From: Octopus sinensis
Taxonomy: Eukaryota
DNA: 17,585 bases
NCBI RefSeq assembly: GCF_006345805.1
Contig: NW_021824714.1
Span: 1 to 17,585 of the forward strand
Reading direction: 5' to 3'
Position numbers and translations under genes: made by a program. Position 1 is the stretch's first letter; each line of letters starts with the position of its first letter. The notes beneath the pieces were generated by a model. It was given only the letters and a program-made list of their open reading frames with translations, ran no database searches and was not told the DNA's origin. Positions 17,454 to 17,585 of the stretch are shown piece after piece.

Positions 17454-17585
17454 CAGTGGTTCTCAACTGGGGTCCATATGACACTTGAGGGTCTGTTAAG
17501 ACTTAGTTGCTGAAATTTACATGCAATAAATTATGTGTAGCTTTTCTATGGTGATTGATGAAAATTGGTAAGAAGCTTACCTCCC
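17454..17585 (+). mobile_element. Left end of a hAT (Charlie-like) element or MITE running off the window
   Basis: Begins cagtggttctcaactggggtcc and is preceded by the 8-mer ttctagat (17446-17453), which fits the NTCTAGAN target preference of Charlie-type hATs. The other end is not visible. Confidence 0.6.

Overview
This is AT-rich, repeat-saturated eukaryotic non-coding DNA. The SINE families, the microsatellite load and the LINE types point to a coleoid cephalopod, probably Octopus (inference from recognition; no search was run). No intact protein-coding gene is supportable, and nearly all supplied ORFs are microsatellite or SINE artefacts. The window holds about 15 copies or fragments of a ~390-bp bipartite tRNA-derived SINE (here family A), about 6 of a second SINE (family E, all on the - strand), and several tRNA-head SINEs (B, C, D, F) that swap head, core and tail modules. 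It also holds a decayed cecropia/Hsmar1-like mariner with intact TIRs and a TA TSD nested in a family A SINE, fragments of three non-LTR retrotransposon types (RTE, CR1-like, R4/Dong-like), a hAT end, and a 24-bp minisatellite that grew inside a SINE. The most interesting signals are a SINE/LINE shared 3' stem-loop with a compensatory base pair, modular SINE shuffling, the SINE-born minisatellite, apparent microsatellite-targeted insertion, and tight inverted repeats that could form dsRNA. A few small candidate exons are noted at low confidence. Family letters are my own labels, and element boundaries are approximate unless a TIR or TSD is quoted.
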